A stretch of DNA of 63,688 bases from Bacteroidetes bacterium GWF2_49_14 (GTDB lineage: Bacteria > Bacteroidota > Bacteroidia > Bacteroidales > UBA12481), in assembly GCA_001769295.1 (NCBI GenBank), contig MEOR01000154.1:1-63688 (forward strand), in the 5' to 3' direction. Under the pieces are notes generated by a model, which ran no database searches, was not told the origin of the DNA, and saw only the letters and a list, made by a program, of their open reading frames with translations. A program made the position numbers and the translations under genes. Within the stretch, counting starts at the first letter, position 1; each line of letters starts with the position of its first letter. Shown piece after piece: positions 34,803-45,300 of this stretch.

Positions 34803-35988
34803 CCTGATTCTGTGGCTGGCTCTTAGTCAGGCCGGGAAAAGCAGAAAACCGGCAGAAACCGGCACCCAAACTGACTGCGAGTAAAATACCCTCAAGGGGG
34901 ATCGATTGCTTCCAGAATGGGAAGGTGATCAGGAAAAACAACACCGGGATCATCATGATGCGGCTATAAACTTGGTTAATCTTACGCAGCCCGGGTATCC
35001 AAAGTGTAATGGCCAGGAAAAGAGTCAGCGGGAATGCCCAGGCAAGGTTCAGGTTTCCCTTGCAAACCCAGTGGTCGGAACCAACCCACATGAAAGCGAA
35101 CAGGATGCCCATAATTCCGGAAAGGAAGAAGAGGATGCTGAACCAGGTTTTAGCCAAACGAGCCCGTTTCGGATAGAAAGCCAGGAACAGGGATATAAGG
35201 GTCAGGAAGGAGAAAACAATATACGGATGAGTAATCAGGGATTTCTTCTTTTTTGGATCCGGCTCAAAAACCGTTTTAGCCTGTCCGGCCAGATTCTGGC
35301 CTGAAGCGGATTTCATCTGAAGGAACAGCCTCTCCATCTGCTCGGGCAGGAACATGTAGTCACTTATCGTTGCCTGCCGGTCTGCACCTCCTGCCAGCAA
35401 CAGCATCATTCCTGCCCGCGGCCATGGATTTGGTGTGAGGTGGGGGTTGATTAACTGACGGAATGTAAGGGTTTTAGCCTCAGTCACCGGAACCGGGTAA
35501 CCATTCTGTGTAGCTTTCAGGACAATATCGCGGACCCGCGTGGAACAGTTATCCAGAAAGAAATCATACCAATAGTGTCTGTTCTCAGGCAGATTATTGA
35601 TTTCGAGCAGGTTGAACAGCTCCTGCCGGTCCGTGTCAGTCAGTGCCAGGGGTACCAGCCGTACAAACCGGTTGTCACGGATATACTCATTAACAAAACT
35701 GTCAAATCGGGACACAGACAACATATAATATAGCTTTCCTTTTACGAACTGCCAGTAAAAATTCGGCACATTGAAGTCAAAGGTGCCGTAATTATAAACC
35801 TTGTCGATCCGGTTTACCGGATCATATACCCTGAGAGCTGAATGCCCGAAATAGGTAAAGATCTCTTTCCCGGGACCGCAGGTGACAAGGTCTATCCGTG
35901 ATGTTGCACTCAGTTGAGGGATCTGTGCCTGAATCTGTATCAGCATCGGAAGAAATATCAGGAATAATGTTGATAAGCTGCGTCTCAT
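34795..35988 (-). CDS. DUF4105-domain membrane protein (Lnb-like, candidate Bacteroidota lipoprotein N-acyltransferase family)
   Basis: 397 aa with a signal peptide. Periplasmic domain motifs include GHSALRVYD, YNYGTFDF and WYDFFLDNCSTRVRD, followed by several C-terminal TM helices. Confidence 0.7.
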   Translation of the reverse strand: MRRSLSTLFLIFLPMLIQIQAQIPQLSATSRIDLVTCGPGKEIFTYFGHSALRVYDPVNRIDKVYNYGTFDFNVPNFYWQFVKGKLYYMLSVSRFDSFVNEYIRDNRFVRLVPLALTDTDRQELFNLLEINNLPENRHYWYDFFLDNCSTRVRDIVLKATQNGYPVPVTEAKTLTFRQLINPHLTPNPWPRAGMMLLLAGGADRQATISDYMFLPEQMERLFLQMKSASGQNLAGQAKTVFEPDPKKKKSLITHPYIVFSFLTLISLFLAFYPKRARLAKTWFSILFFLSGIMGILFAFMWVGSDHWVCKGNLNLAWAFPLTLFLAITLWIPGLRKINQVYSRIMMIPVLFFLITFPFWKQSIPLEGILLAVSLGAGFCRFSAFPGLTKSQPQNQAN

Positions 35989-36055
35989 TGGAAAAGGATT
36001 TGCGCAAAGATCAGTAAATTTACTTTTCTTATATGCAAACTAAAAACCCGACGCA

Positions 36056-37405
36056 ATGAAAAAGTCCATCAACCGCAGGTCATTTCTTACCAATTCAGCA
36101 ATTGCCGGTGCAGGCATGGTTGTGATTCCCCGCCACGTAATGGGCGGAAGAGGTTTCACCGCTCCCAGCGATAAACTCAATATAGCCGCGATCGGATCGG
36201 GCGGGATGGGATCGGGTAACATTGCACGGTGTGAATCGGAGAATATCATTGCATTATGTGACGTGGATTTCAATCAGGCTGCAGGTACCTTCAAGAAGTA
36301 TCCCACAGCCCGGCAGTATAAGGATTTCCGCATCATGCTTGAGAAGGAGAAGACCATTGATGCCGTGATCGTGGCAACCCCCGACCATACCCATGCGGTT
36401 GCCGCTATGGCTGCCATTAAGCTTGGCAAACATGTGTATGTTCAAAAACCCCTGACACACGATGTTTTTGAAGCCCGCAGGCTTACCGAAGCAGTAAGGG
36501 AATACAAGGTAGTGAGCCAGATGGGGAACCAGGGCCGTTCGGGCGAAGGAACCCGCAGGCTGGCAGAATGGATATGGGCCGGAGCGATCGGCGAAATCCG
36601 GGAGGTCCACAGCTGGACGAACCGCCCTGTTTGGCCGCAGGGTGTCGGACGTCCTGCCGGTGTTGACACAATTCCGTCGACACTTGATTGGGATTTATGG
36701 CTTGGAACAGCCCCTGAGCGTCCTTATAACAACTCCTACCTTCCCTTCAACTGGAGGGCCTGGTATGATTTCGGTGCCGGTGCGCTCGGCGACATGGGAT
36801 GCCATGTTCTGGACCCGGTATTTCATGCGCTGAAGCTTAAATACCCGATCTGGGTGCAGGGATCTCATTCCTACGAGGTGAGGGAGATGTGGAAAAGGGT
36901 TGACAACCAGGAGACATTCCCCAGCGCCTCAATGATCACGTACCAATTCCCCGCCAGGGAAAACATGCCCCCTGTACGGCTGACCTGGTACGATGGCGGA
37001 ATGATGCCGGTGTGGCCCGCTGAAGTAGATCCGAAAAAGATTCCTGCCGAAGGTGGCTCGATGTTTGTCGGCGATAAGGGAATTATCGTGTGTGAAACGT
37101 ACGGCGGAGGAGTCCAGATGTTCCCCGAAGAGCGATTCCTGGAATACAAGGACCTTCCAAAAACTTTAAAAAGGGTGGAAGTAACACATGAAATGAACTG
37201 GCTGATCGGTTGCAAGGGTGGGGAAGCCCCCTGCTCGAATTTCGATTATTCAGGCCCTCTCACCGAAATGGTCCTGATGGGAAATCTGGCGATCAAGGTT
37301 CCGGGTAAAAGGCTCCTATGGGATGGGGACAATATGAAGGTCACCAACGATGAGGCTGCCAATAACTTTATCCAGCGGGAATATAGAAAGGGATGGGCGC
37401 TGTAA
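36056..37405 (+). CDS. Gfo/Idh/MocA-family oxidoreductase with a Tat signal
   Basis: 449 aa. Twin-arginine motif INRRSFLTNSAIAGAG, Rossmann IAAIGSGGMG, and EKPLTH-like VQKPLTHD. Confidence 0.88.
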   Translation: MKKSINRRSFLTNSAIAGAGMVVIPRHVMGGRGFTAPSDKLNIAAIGSGGMGSGNIARCESENIIALCDVDFNQAAGTFKKYPTARQYKDFRIMLEKEKTIDAVIVATPDHTHAVAAMAAIKLGKHVYVQKPLTHDVFEARRLTEAVREYKVVSQMGNQGRSGEGTRRLAEWIWAGAIGEIREVHSWTNRPVWPQGVGRPAGVDTIPSTLDWDLWLGTAPERPYNNSYLPFNWRAWYDFGAGALGDMGCHVLDPVFHALKLKYPIWVQGSHSYEVREMWKRVDNQETFPSASMITYQFPARENMPPVRLTWYDGGMMPVWPAEVDPKKIPAEGGSMFVGDKGIIVCETYGGGVQMFPEERFLEYKDLPKTLKRVEVTHEMNWLIGCKGGEAPCSNFDYSGPLTEMVLMGNLAIKVPGKRLLWDGDNMKVTNDEAANNFIQREYRKGWAL

Positions 37406-37425
37406 TCGGATAGTCTGCCCGTCCG

Positions 37426-37941
37426 TTATAAGGACTGTTTTACCGTAGTGGTTCCTTCAGGAAGGTTCTTTAAAAAATATTCCAGTTCCTGGGGCTTAGA
37501 GGTACTGAATGCCAGTATCTTTCCGCTCTTTAACCTGACGGTCAGGATATGGTGGCCACCAAAATTATACTCCATCCTGTTGATTTGCCTGTTGACTCCG
37601 AATTTCTTCATCGATTTTAATCCCTGAACCCTGGAAAGCTCTACTTCCGCAACTTCACTAAATGGAATGGTCTTATATTTTTTACGGAAGGGCTCAATTC
37701 TGAATTCAATCGATGATTGAGTAATACGCATATCCATCTGGATGATGAACATGAGAAGAACTATAAGGGGCCCTATGAGTAATGTGAACAGGTAGGGTTT
37801 TTCCTGATCGGGCATGGTATCCCACTCAGTCAGGTAAACCATCAGGAATACAAATCCCATCATCAGGGTAACTGCACCGAAAATCACAATGCGCCATCCT
37901 GAAGGGATCGATTGTTTCTCGTGAAAAAATACCTGGGCCAT
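37426..37941 (-). CDS. Hypothetical membrane protein (2 TM plus a bacterial PH-like C-terminal domain)
   Basis: 171 aa with two hydrophobic helices followed by a soluble beta-rich domain. Confidence 0.6.
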   Translation of the reverse strand: MAQVFFHEKQSIPSGWRIVIFGAVTLMMGFVFLMVYLTEWDTMPDQEKPYLFTLLIGPLIVLLMFIIQMDMRITQSSIEFRIEPFRKKYKTIPFSEVAEVELSRVQGLKSMKKFGVNRQINRMEYNFGGHHILTVRLKSGKILAFSTSKPQELEYFLKNLPEGTTTVKQSL

Positions 37942-38014
37942 GGCGTTCCGTTTTTGCTTGTTTTGTTTAAAACAAAGATAGAATATTAATTTCGGCTGAA
38001 ACTCGTACTCTTAT

Positions 38015-38049
38015 ATCGTAAATCGTCAATCGTAAATCGCAAATCTTAG
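38015..38049. repeat. Five tandem heptamers (ATCGTAA ATCGTCA ATCGTAA ATCGCAA ATCTTAG)
   Basis: Read directly. The array ends 5 nt before ATG 38055. Confidence 0.8.
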
Positions 38050-38054
38050 ATCCC

Positions 38055-40847
38055 ATGTCCCGCATAACCCTTTTACTTTTCTCTCTTCTTGGTTTGGCTG
38101 CCTGCCAAAACCGGAATACCGTCTGGATCGCACAGGCCCCGGCTGGTGAGCGTTACACAACTCTTGATACCACCGGAGTTACTGTTATACCCAATGGCCG
38201 CCTGATAAAACCGTATGGCAGCACCTTTCGCACCGCCCCGCATCCGTATGGGCTCTGCCTGAGCCCCGACGGAAAAATCGCGGTCACTGCGAATTCGGGA
38301 ACAAGTCCGCTCTCCATTACCATTCTTAGAAACATTCAGAGCCCTTATCCGGAAATACAGCAGGTGCCACCCGGTCCGGGAACAGACAAGGGCGTTCTGG
38401 CCAGCGTGTTTATGGGGCTCGCCATTTCCCCGGATAATGCAACCGTCTATGTGTCAGGAGGACAGGAGAATAAAATTTATCTCTTTGATGTGCGAACAGG
38501 GGACGTAAAAGGAACAATCCCTTGTGCAGGTCTTCAGGGTGACAGGGATTTCACCGATGGATACATTGGTGACTTGGTGCTGAACCGGGAGGGTACGCGA
38601 CTTTATGCGGTGGACCAGATCAATTTTCTTCTGCTCGTTATTGATCCGGTTGTCGCCAAGGTTCTTCATCGGGTCAATACCGGGCGCTATCCATTTGGTG
38701 TCTGCCTTTCACCCGATGAGAAAAAGGTCTATGTGGCCAATGTCGGTATGTATGAGTACACAAGGTTCGCCAGTACTGATCCCGACAGCCTGGACCAGAC
38801 TTCCCTGGCTTACCCGGCTTTTGCTTACGGATCCAGGGAATCGGAAGAAGGAACCCAGGTTGGGGAAGTAAAAGTTAAGGGCCTGGGAAAACTTAATGTA
38901 CCTGAATCTTTTTCAGTCTGGACCATTGATGTCAGCAATCCTGATTCACCAAAAGTGACCGCCAGGATCAAAACCGGCAATTTGGTCGGGGAAATGGTGG
39001 AGGATTTTCCTGCCGTCGGCGGGTCGAGTCCGAACTCCGTAGTGGCAACTCCGGATTATGTATTCGTCAGCAACGGGAATAATGATAATATCTCGGTCAT
39101 TGATATTCATTCTGATACTGTGATTACCGAAATACCGCTGATCCCGGACGACAGAATGCGGCATTTCCGCGGGATCATTCCGTTTGGAGTAACCGTCTCG
39201 CCCGATTTTAAAACCCTTTTTGTAGCTGAATCGGGAATCAATGCGGTTGCCATGATTGACGTTTCCACCCTGAAAGTTAAAGGACACATCCCCGTTGGCT
39301 GGTTTCCCGCCAGAATAGAGGTATCACCCGACGGCGGGAAGCTTATTGTTTCAAACGCCAAAGGGTTTGGCAGCGGTCCTAACGGAGGTCCCGATTTTGT
39401 AAAGGGACCCGAAGGATCTTATATCGGAAGCCTGATGAAAGGCTCGGTAACCGTTCTGGATATCCCCTCATCAGGAAAACTGAAAAAACTTACGCGGGAG
39501 GTGATTGACATGAATTTCAATATGAAAAAATCGAATGACCCTTCTTTCAATATCAGGAAAAAAAACCCGGTTCCTTTGTACCCCGGTTACTCTGAAAGCC
39601 CGATCCGGTATATTGTTTTTGTGTCCAAGGAGAACCGCACCTACGATGAGATATTCGGCCAGGTTAAGGCCGGGGATGGCGAATCCTCACTGGCACGTTA
39701 TGGCGCGGGAGTCAGTTTTACCAACCGGGCTAAAGATCAGAAGGTTGAGAACGCCGATGTTATGATTAACCATTTGGCCCTGGTCAACCGTTTTGCTATG
39801 TCGGACAATTTTTATGTGGACTCGGATGTCTCTGCCGACGGGCACCGGTGGCTGGTTAATACGTATCCGAATGAATGGGTGGAAGCAACAGTGCCAGCGA
39901 GTTACGGAGGGAATCGTAATTATAGGGAGAAATCAAAATCTCCCGGAATCCTTGCATTCACTGGGGCTGCGGGCGCGATTTATCCGGAGGATTATAACGA
40001 GGCCGGTTCCATGTGGGACCATCTTGACCGAAACAAGATCCCTTTTTTCAATTTCGGATTCAGCCTTATGTTTGAGCCGGCTGCCTATCAGCCTGAGTAC
40101 AAGATTGCCGGGGTACGGCACCTGGCCAATTTCCCCATGCCGGCAGCCCTTTTTGCCAACTCATCACGAAAGTACCCTACCTATAACATGGCGATCCCGG
40201 ACCAGTTCCGGATCGAAATGTTTATTGAAGAATATAAAGAAAAGTGGGAGTCGGGAAAAGAAAAATTCCCGTCAATGCTCACCATAATCGTCCCTAACGA
40301 CCATGGGGCGGGAGAAAGGCCGGAAGCAGGATATCCATTCCGTGAAAGTTACCAGTGTGACAACGACCTGGCCGTTGGCCGTCTGGTGGAGTTCCTGAGC
40401 CATACGCCCCATTGGAAGAATATGGCAATCGTGATCACCGAGGATGATGCTCAGGGCGGCGTGGATCATGTGGATGCGCACCGCAGTGTTTTGATGGTAG
40501 TGTCTCCATATGCTAAAAAGAACTATGTGTCCCATACCCATACCAGTTTTGGTAGTATATTCAAGACTTTCTGGAATATTCTTGGCGTTCCCTACCTGAA
40601 CCAGTATGATGCATCTGCCACGGATCTGAGTGATATGTTTACCGATCAGCCCGATTTTACACCTTATCAGGCCTTCCCGGTGAACCCACTGATCTTTGAT
40701 CCGCAAAAAGCCCTGGATCCCTATGATGAAAAATTTGACTGGAAAGCGGTCACCGAATCGCCTGAGATTGATAATGTTCGGGACATGCTCCGCGACAGCA
40801 AAGAGGTTGAAGAGTGGCGAAAGGAAAAGGAAGCCGGAAAAAAATAA
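38055..40847 (+). CDS. Fusion protein: YVTN/YncE-type beta-propeller plus phosphoesterase (phospholipase C / acid phosphatase family)
   Basis: 930 aa with lipoprotein-like signal LLGLAACQN. Repeated P.G...SPDGK..YV.N blocks in the first ~460 aa. The C-terminal half has NRTYDEIFG, DNFYVDSDVSADGH, NDHG and TEDDAQGGVDHVDAHRS. Confidence 0.82.
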   Translation: MSRITLLLFSLLGLAACQNRNTVWIAQAPAGERYTTLDTTGVTVIPNGRLIKPYGSTFRTAPHPYGLCLSPDGKIAVTANSGTSPLSITILRNIQSPYPEIQQVPPGPGTDKGVLASVFMGLAISPDNATVYVSGGQENKIYLFDVRTGDVKGTIPCAGLQGDRDFTDGYIGDLVLNREGTRLYAVDQINFLLLVIDPVVAKVLHRVNTGRYPFGVCLSPDEKKVYVANVGMYEYTRFASTDPDSLDQTSLAYPAFAYGSRESEEGTQVGEVKVKGLGKLNVPESFSVWTIDVSNPDSPKVTARIKTGNLVGEMVEDFPAVGGSSPNSVVATPDYVFVSNGNNDNISVIDIHSDTVITEIPLIPDDRMRHFRGIIPFGVTVSPDFKTLFVAESGINAVAMIDVSTLKVKGHIPVGWFPARIEVSPDGGKLIVSNAKGFGSGPNGGPDFVKGPEGSYIGSLMKGSVTVLDIPSSGKLKKLTREVIDMNFNMKKSNDPSFNIRKKNPVPLYPGYSESPIRYIVFVSKENRTYDEIFGQVKAGDGESSLARYGAGVSFTNRAKDQKVENADVMINHLALVNRFAMSDNFYVDSDVSADGHRWLVNTYPNEWVEATVPASYGGNRNYREKSKSPGILAFTGAAGAIYPEDYNEAGSMWDHLDRNKIPFFNFGFSLMFEPAAYQPEYKIAGVRHLANFPMPAALFANSSRKYPTYNMAIPDQFRIEMFIEEYKEKWESGKEKFPSMLTIIVPNDHGAGERPEAGYPFRESYQCDNDLAVGRLVEFLSHTPHWKNMAIVITEDDAQGGVDHVDAHRSVLMVVSPYAKKNYVSHTHTSFGSIFKTFWNILGVPYLNQYDASATDLSDMFTDQPDFTPYQAFPVNPLIFDPQKALDPYDEKFDWKAVTESPEIDNVRDMLRDSKEVEEWRKEKEAGKK

Positions 40848-40877
40848 CAGGGCACTTGCAAATCAGGAAAAATCGGC

Positions 40878-40885
40878 TAATTTTG
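40878..40885 (+). promoter_or_regulatory. Candidate -7 box (TAATTTTG) for tRNA-Asp
   Basis: Exact TAnnTTTG match 17 nt upstream of the tRNA 5' end, with CTTG about 20 nt further upstream as a weak -33 element. Confidence 0.4.
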
Positions 40886-40902
40886 TGCCCACAATTTACG
40901 TT

Positions 40903-40977
40903 GGTCGTGTAGTTCAGTTTGGTTAGAATGCCGGCCTGTCACGCCGGAGGTCGCGGGTTCGAGTCCCGTCGCGACCG
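40903..40977 (+). tRNA. tRNA-Asp (anticodon GTC)
   Basis: Cloverleaf read by hand. Acceptor GGTCGTG/CGCGACC, anticodon stem CCGGC/GCCGG with loop CTGTCAC, T-arm GCGGG-TTCGAGT-CCCGT, discriminator G. No encoded CCA. Confidence 0.9.
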
Positions 40978-40986
40978 CACCAACGA

Positions 40987-41024
40987 AAACCCATGTTGCT
41001 GAGTTCAGCGACATGGGTTTTTTC
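40987..41024 (+). terminator. Rho-independent terminator after tRNA-Asp
   Basis: CCCATGTTGCTGA / TCAGCGACATGGG stem followed by TTTTTTCTTT. Confidence 0.75.
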
Positions 41025-41059
41025 TTTGCGTTCAGGCATTTAATTCTCCGGTGGATGCC

Positions 41060-42367
41060 TTAATTTTTTAATCCCCCGCTCATCCTCAGCAGCTCGGTTT
41101 CGCTGGATTTGCAGCGATAAAGTGCAGTCAGATAGCGGTTCTCAGCATCCATCAGTTTCTTTTGGGTCTCCCTGAGTTCTATATCATTGGCCGATCCGAT
41201 GCGGTATTTTTCGCTGGCAATATCCAGGTTCTTCTGCGCAAGAACAATGTTTGCCTGCTCAAAATCCGATAATTGCAGGTTTGTGAGATAATCATTATAA
41301 ATGCGTTGCAGATGAGCGCGGATATTTAATTCTGTCTGCTCGGCTTCGATTCGGGCAGATTCAAGCCGAACCTGTGCCTTGCTGCGGTTCTCTTTCTGCG
41401 AGAAGCCGTCAAACAGGGTGTAAGAAGCGTTAACCCCTACCGAAAATCCACGGTTCCGGTTTAATGACATAATACCCACCTCCGATTCCGATTTATTGTA
41501 GTTATACCCGGATGTGAAATTAAGCCGGGGATACAGGGTTGTATTGGCGCTTTTCCGGTCAAGCATTGCAATGCTCATGGCCGTGCGGCTCATCCGTATT
41601 TCAGGGTTCATCACGGATACAGATTCCCATAGCTTGTCAAAAAGCAGATCCTTGCGGATCGGAATATCTTCAAACACTTCAAACTGGAGGTATATGTCGC
41701 GACATAAAACCCGGTTCAGTTCCACCTTGGTGTTCTGGAGCATCTTGGCCTGCTGGATAAAGGCTGAACTGTCGGCATTGTAATCCACACTGGCCTGCAA
41801 AAGTGAAAGCTCCGAACTTGAGCCGAACCGGAGCCCGGCTGCGGCAATCCGTTTTCGCTCGGAAGTGATTGCCATGGCTTCGCGGTAAACATCCACCATT
41901 TTTTTCTGGGTGATGATTGCATAATAGGCAGTGATCACATCAGCAAGCGTGTTTTCAACCGTTGTTTGAAGCTGTATGTCAGTCAGCGCCTCGAGTTCCG
42001 AAAGCTTTTTCTTTTGGATGAACATGTTAAAACCGTCAAACAGTGTCCAGGTTAAGGCGATCCCACCGTTGATATTGTTGTTCCGGTTGCTCTCGCTTGC
42101 CTTTTCCCGACCGTCAAAATACTTCTGATAGGTGTTGGTTACCGAAAAACTTCGCGACCCCGTCAGTCCGAGCTGCGGCAGCATGCCGGCGTTGCCGGAG
42201 GAGTTGTCAATACCGGCAATCCGGCTGTCATTGGCAGCCAATGTGATATCAAAATTGTTTTGAAGGGCGATTACCAGAGCCTCCTGGAGGCTCAGCGTAT
42301 CTTGTGGCCGGGCCTTCATTGGGAGAAAAAGGCTGAATGCCAGAAGCAGCAGCGGGAAATATTTCAT
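41060..42367 (-). CDS. TolC-family outer-membrane efflux protein
   Basis: 435 aa with a signal peptide and two OEP-type helical repeats. It is last in an RND operon and overlaps the pump gene by 4 nt. Confidence 0.88.
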   Translation of the reverse strand: MKYFPLLLLAFSLFLPMKARPQDTLSLQEALVIALQNNFDITLAANDSRIAGIDNSSGNAGMLPQLGLTGSRSFSVTNTYQKYFDGREKASESNRNNNINGGIALTWTLFDGFNMFIQKKKLSELEALTDIQLQTTVENTLADVITAYYAIITQKKMVDVYREAMAITSERKRIAAAGLRFGSSSELSLLQASVDYNADSSAFIQQAKMLQNTKVELNRVLCRDIYLQFEVFEDIPIRKDLLFDKLWESVSVMNPEIRMSRTAMSIAMLDRKSANTTLYPRLNFTSGYNYNKSESEVGIMSLNRNRGFSVGVNASYTLFDGFSQKENRSKAQVRLESARIEAEQTELNIRAHLQRIYNDYLTNLQLSDFEQANIVLAQKNLDIASEKYRIGSANDIELRETQKKLMDAENRYLTALYRCKSSETELLRMSGGLKN

Positions 42368-45300
42368 GACTCAGGATTTACAAATTTCTTTTTCTTGCCC
42401 GATATATAGGTATAGAGGGCAGGGATTACATAAAGCGTAAGGATGAGTGCGAACAGCAATCCTCCGATAATCACTATCCCCATTGATATCCGGCTCCTGG
42501 CGCCTGCCCCCAGGGCCAGGGCGATAGGCAGGGCTCCCAGAACCGTGGCAAAGCTTGTCATCAGGATTGGCCTGAAACGCTGTGTTGCAGCCTCAATTGC
42601 CGCCTGATACATATTCATTCCGGAATATTTTTTCTGATTTGCGAATTCAACGATCAGTATCCCGTTTTTGGTCACGATTCCGATCAGCATGATCATCCCG
42701 ATCTGGCTGAAGATATTCATCGTCTGACTAAAAAGGATCAGTGAAATCAGGGCACCGGCAATGGCAAGGGGAACGGTAAACATGATGACCAGTGGATCCC
42801 TGAAGCTTTCAAACTGGGCCGAAAGGATCAGGTATATCAGGATCAATGCCAGTATAAAGGCAAATAACAGGGTGTTTGAACTCTCTGCATAATCCCGCGA
42901 AACACCGGTAAGCGATGTGTTAAATGATTCATCCAGCTCTTCCTTGGCAATTTTCTGCATCTCCTCAATGCCCTGGCTGAGGGTGTAACCCTTAGCAGGC
43001 GAGGCAGATACGGTTGCAGAGATATAGCGGTTGAACCGATAGAGGGTCGGAAGGTTTACCTTGTATTCGATTTTAACCACATTATCCAGCTGGATCATGG
43101 CACCTTGCCTGTTCCTGACATAAACAGTGCTGAGATCAATAGGCTGATCCCGATATTGCCGGTCGGCCTGGCATATAATCTGGTACTGTTTGCTGTTGAG
43201 AATGAAATATCCAAGACGCTGACCCCCGAAAAACAACTGGAGCGTTTCGGCAATATCCCGGAGGGTGAGCCCAAGTGTCCGCGCCCGGTCGCGGTCGATC
43301 CGCAACGTCATCTCAGGTTTGTTGAATTTCAGGTTGAGGTCGACTACCTGGAATGCCGGGTTGGCCTGTGCTTTTTCCATGAAGGCAGGGATGGCTTCCC
43401 GTAATTTCTCCAGACTGGTGGCCTGGATAACAAACTGAACGGGAAGTCCGGAGTTTCTGCCGCCGCCAATTGTCTGCTCCTGTGTGACAAAACTCCGGGC
43501 AAATGTCAGGGGCCTGAGTTGGCCGGTTAAATAGTCGGCAACCTCCTGCTGGGTTTTTTCCCTTTGATCCGGGGGAACAAGGGTGATACGGACAAACCCC
43601 CCGTTTGAACCCGAGCCCCCCATTCCTGTCAGTCCCATGTAGGACTCTTTTTCGGGAAGAGTGTCAACCAGATCGATAATTTTAGCCATATAGGCATCCA
43701 TCTTTTCATAGGCGGTTCCTTCAGGCCCTGTAGCACTGATGATCAGGCGGCTCTTGTCCTCCATCGGTGCCAGCTCGCCGGGTATTTTTGGCCAGAGAAA
43801 GGTCACCAGGCCAATGGAAACTGCCATAATGATAAATGCAATCCACCGATGGCGAAGGAAGGCTGAAAGAGACCGGCTGTAACCGGTAATCAGTGCGGCA
43901 AAGAATGGCTCCGTAGCGGTATAAAAACGGTTATGGTGCTCGGCGTGCTTAAGCCAGTGCGAAGCAAGCATCGGAGTTAAAGTCAGCGAGATGAAAGCCG
44001 AAATGATAACGGCACCGGCCATAACCACCCCGAATTCCCTGAACAGCTTGCCGGTAAGTCCCTGCAGGAAAATAATCGGCAGGAATACAGCTGCCAGGGT
44101 GATCGTGGTTGAGAGGATCGCAAAGAAGATCTCTTTTGAGCCTTTAAAACCAGCCTCCATCGGCGACATCCCCTTTTCAATCTTTGAATAGATGTTTTCC
44201 AGGACCACGATGGCGTCGTCGACCACCAGTCCGGTCGCCAATACGATACTGAGGAGGGTAAGAATGTTGATCGTGTATCCGGCCAGGTACATGATAAAAA
44301 AGGAGCCGATCAGGGAGATCGGTATGGCGATTACCGGAATTATGGTGGTCCGCCATTCCCTGAAGAATAGGAAGATAATGAGTACGACCAGGGAAAAAGC
44401 AATCAGAATGGTCTCTTCAACTTCCGTAATGGCTTTTCGGATCGACAGGGTGGTGTCATTGGATATGCCCACATAAATATCTTCCGGCATTTCCTTTTTA
44501 ATCTGTTCCAGCCTTTTCTTTACCTCATCGACGATGGCGATCTGGTTAGACCCCGGTTGGGGAATTATGGCAAGTCCGACTTGCGGTATCTTACCGTTTC
44601 CGCGCATTACGGTTTTCTCGTTCTCAGGCATCAGCTGTGCCCGGCCAATATCCTTGAATTTGATCAGGGTTCCTTCTGTTTCCCTGATAATGAGATTGTC
44701 AAACTGCTCAGTGGTGCTGAGCCGGCCGATGGTCCTGACGGAAAGTTCTGTACCGTAGCCCTCAACCCGTCCCGAGGGTAATTCGATATTTTCCCGGTTG
44801 ACGGCATCACGGATATCCGAGGGAGTGAGGCCGTAGCCGGCAAGCTTTATCGGGTCGATGAACAGTTTTATGGAGTATCTCTTTTCGCCCCAGATTCTTA
44901 TTTCGCTGACCCCGGGGGTAGTCTGCAGCCGCTCTTTGAAAAGATTATTGGCAATCTCAGATAATTGCAACAGGTTTCTCTTATCACTTTGAATGCTCAA
45001 TCCGAATATCGGACTGGAATCCGCATCGGATTTGACAACCTGAGGGGGATCAACATCGGGAGGCAAGGAACGCATAGCCCTCGAAACCCGGTCGCGAACG
45101 TCGTTGGCCGCGGCTTCCATGTCGGTGCCTACCTGGAATTCAACGGATATGCTGCTGCCACCGTCGCGCGAAGAAGATGTTAGCGTGCGGATTCCTGCGA
45201 TCCCATTGATGCTCGCTTCGAGGGGCTCCGTAATCTGACTCTCGATTACCTCTGCATTGGCTCCAGGATAGGAAGTGCTTACCGTTACGGTAGGCGGATC

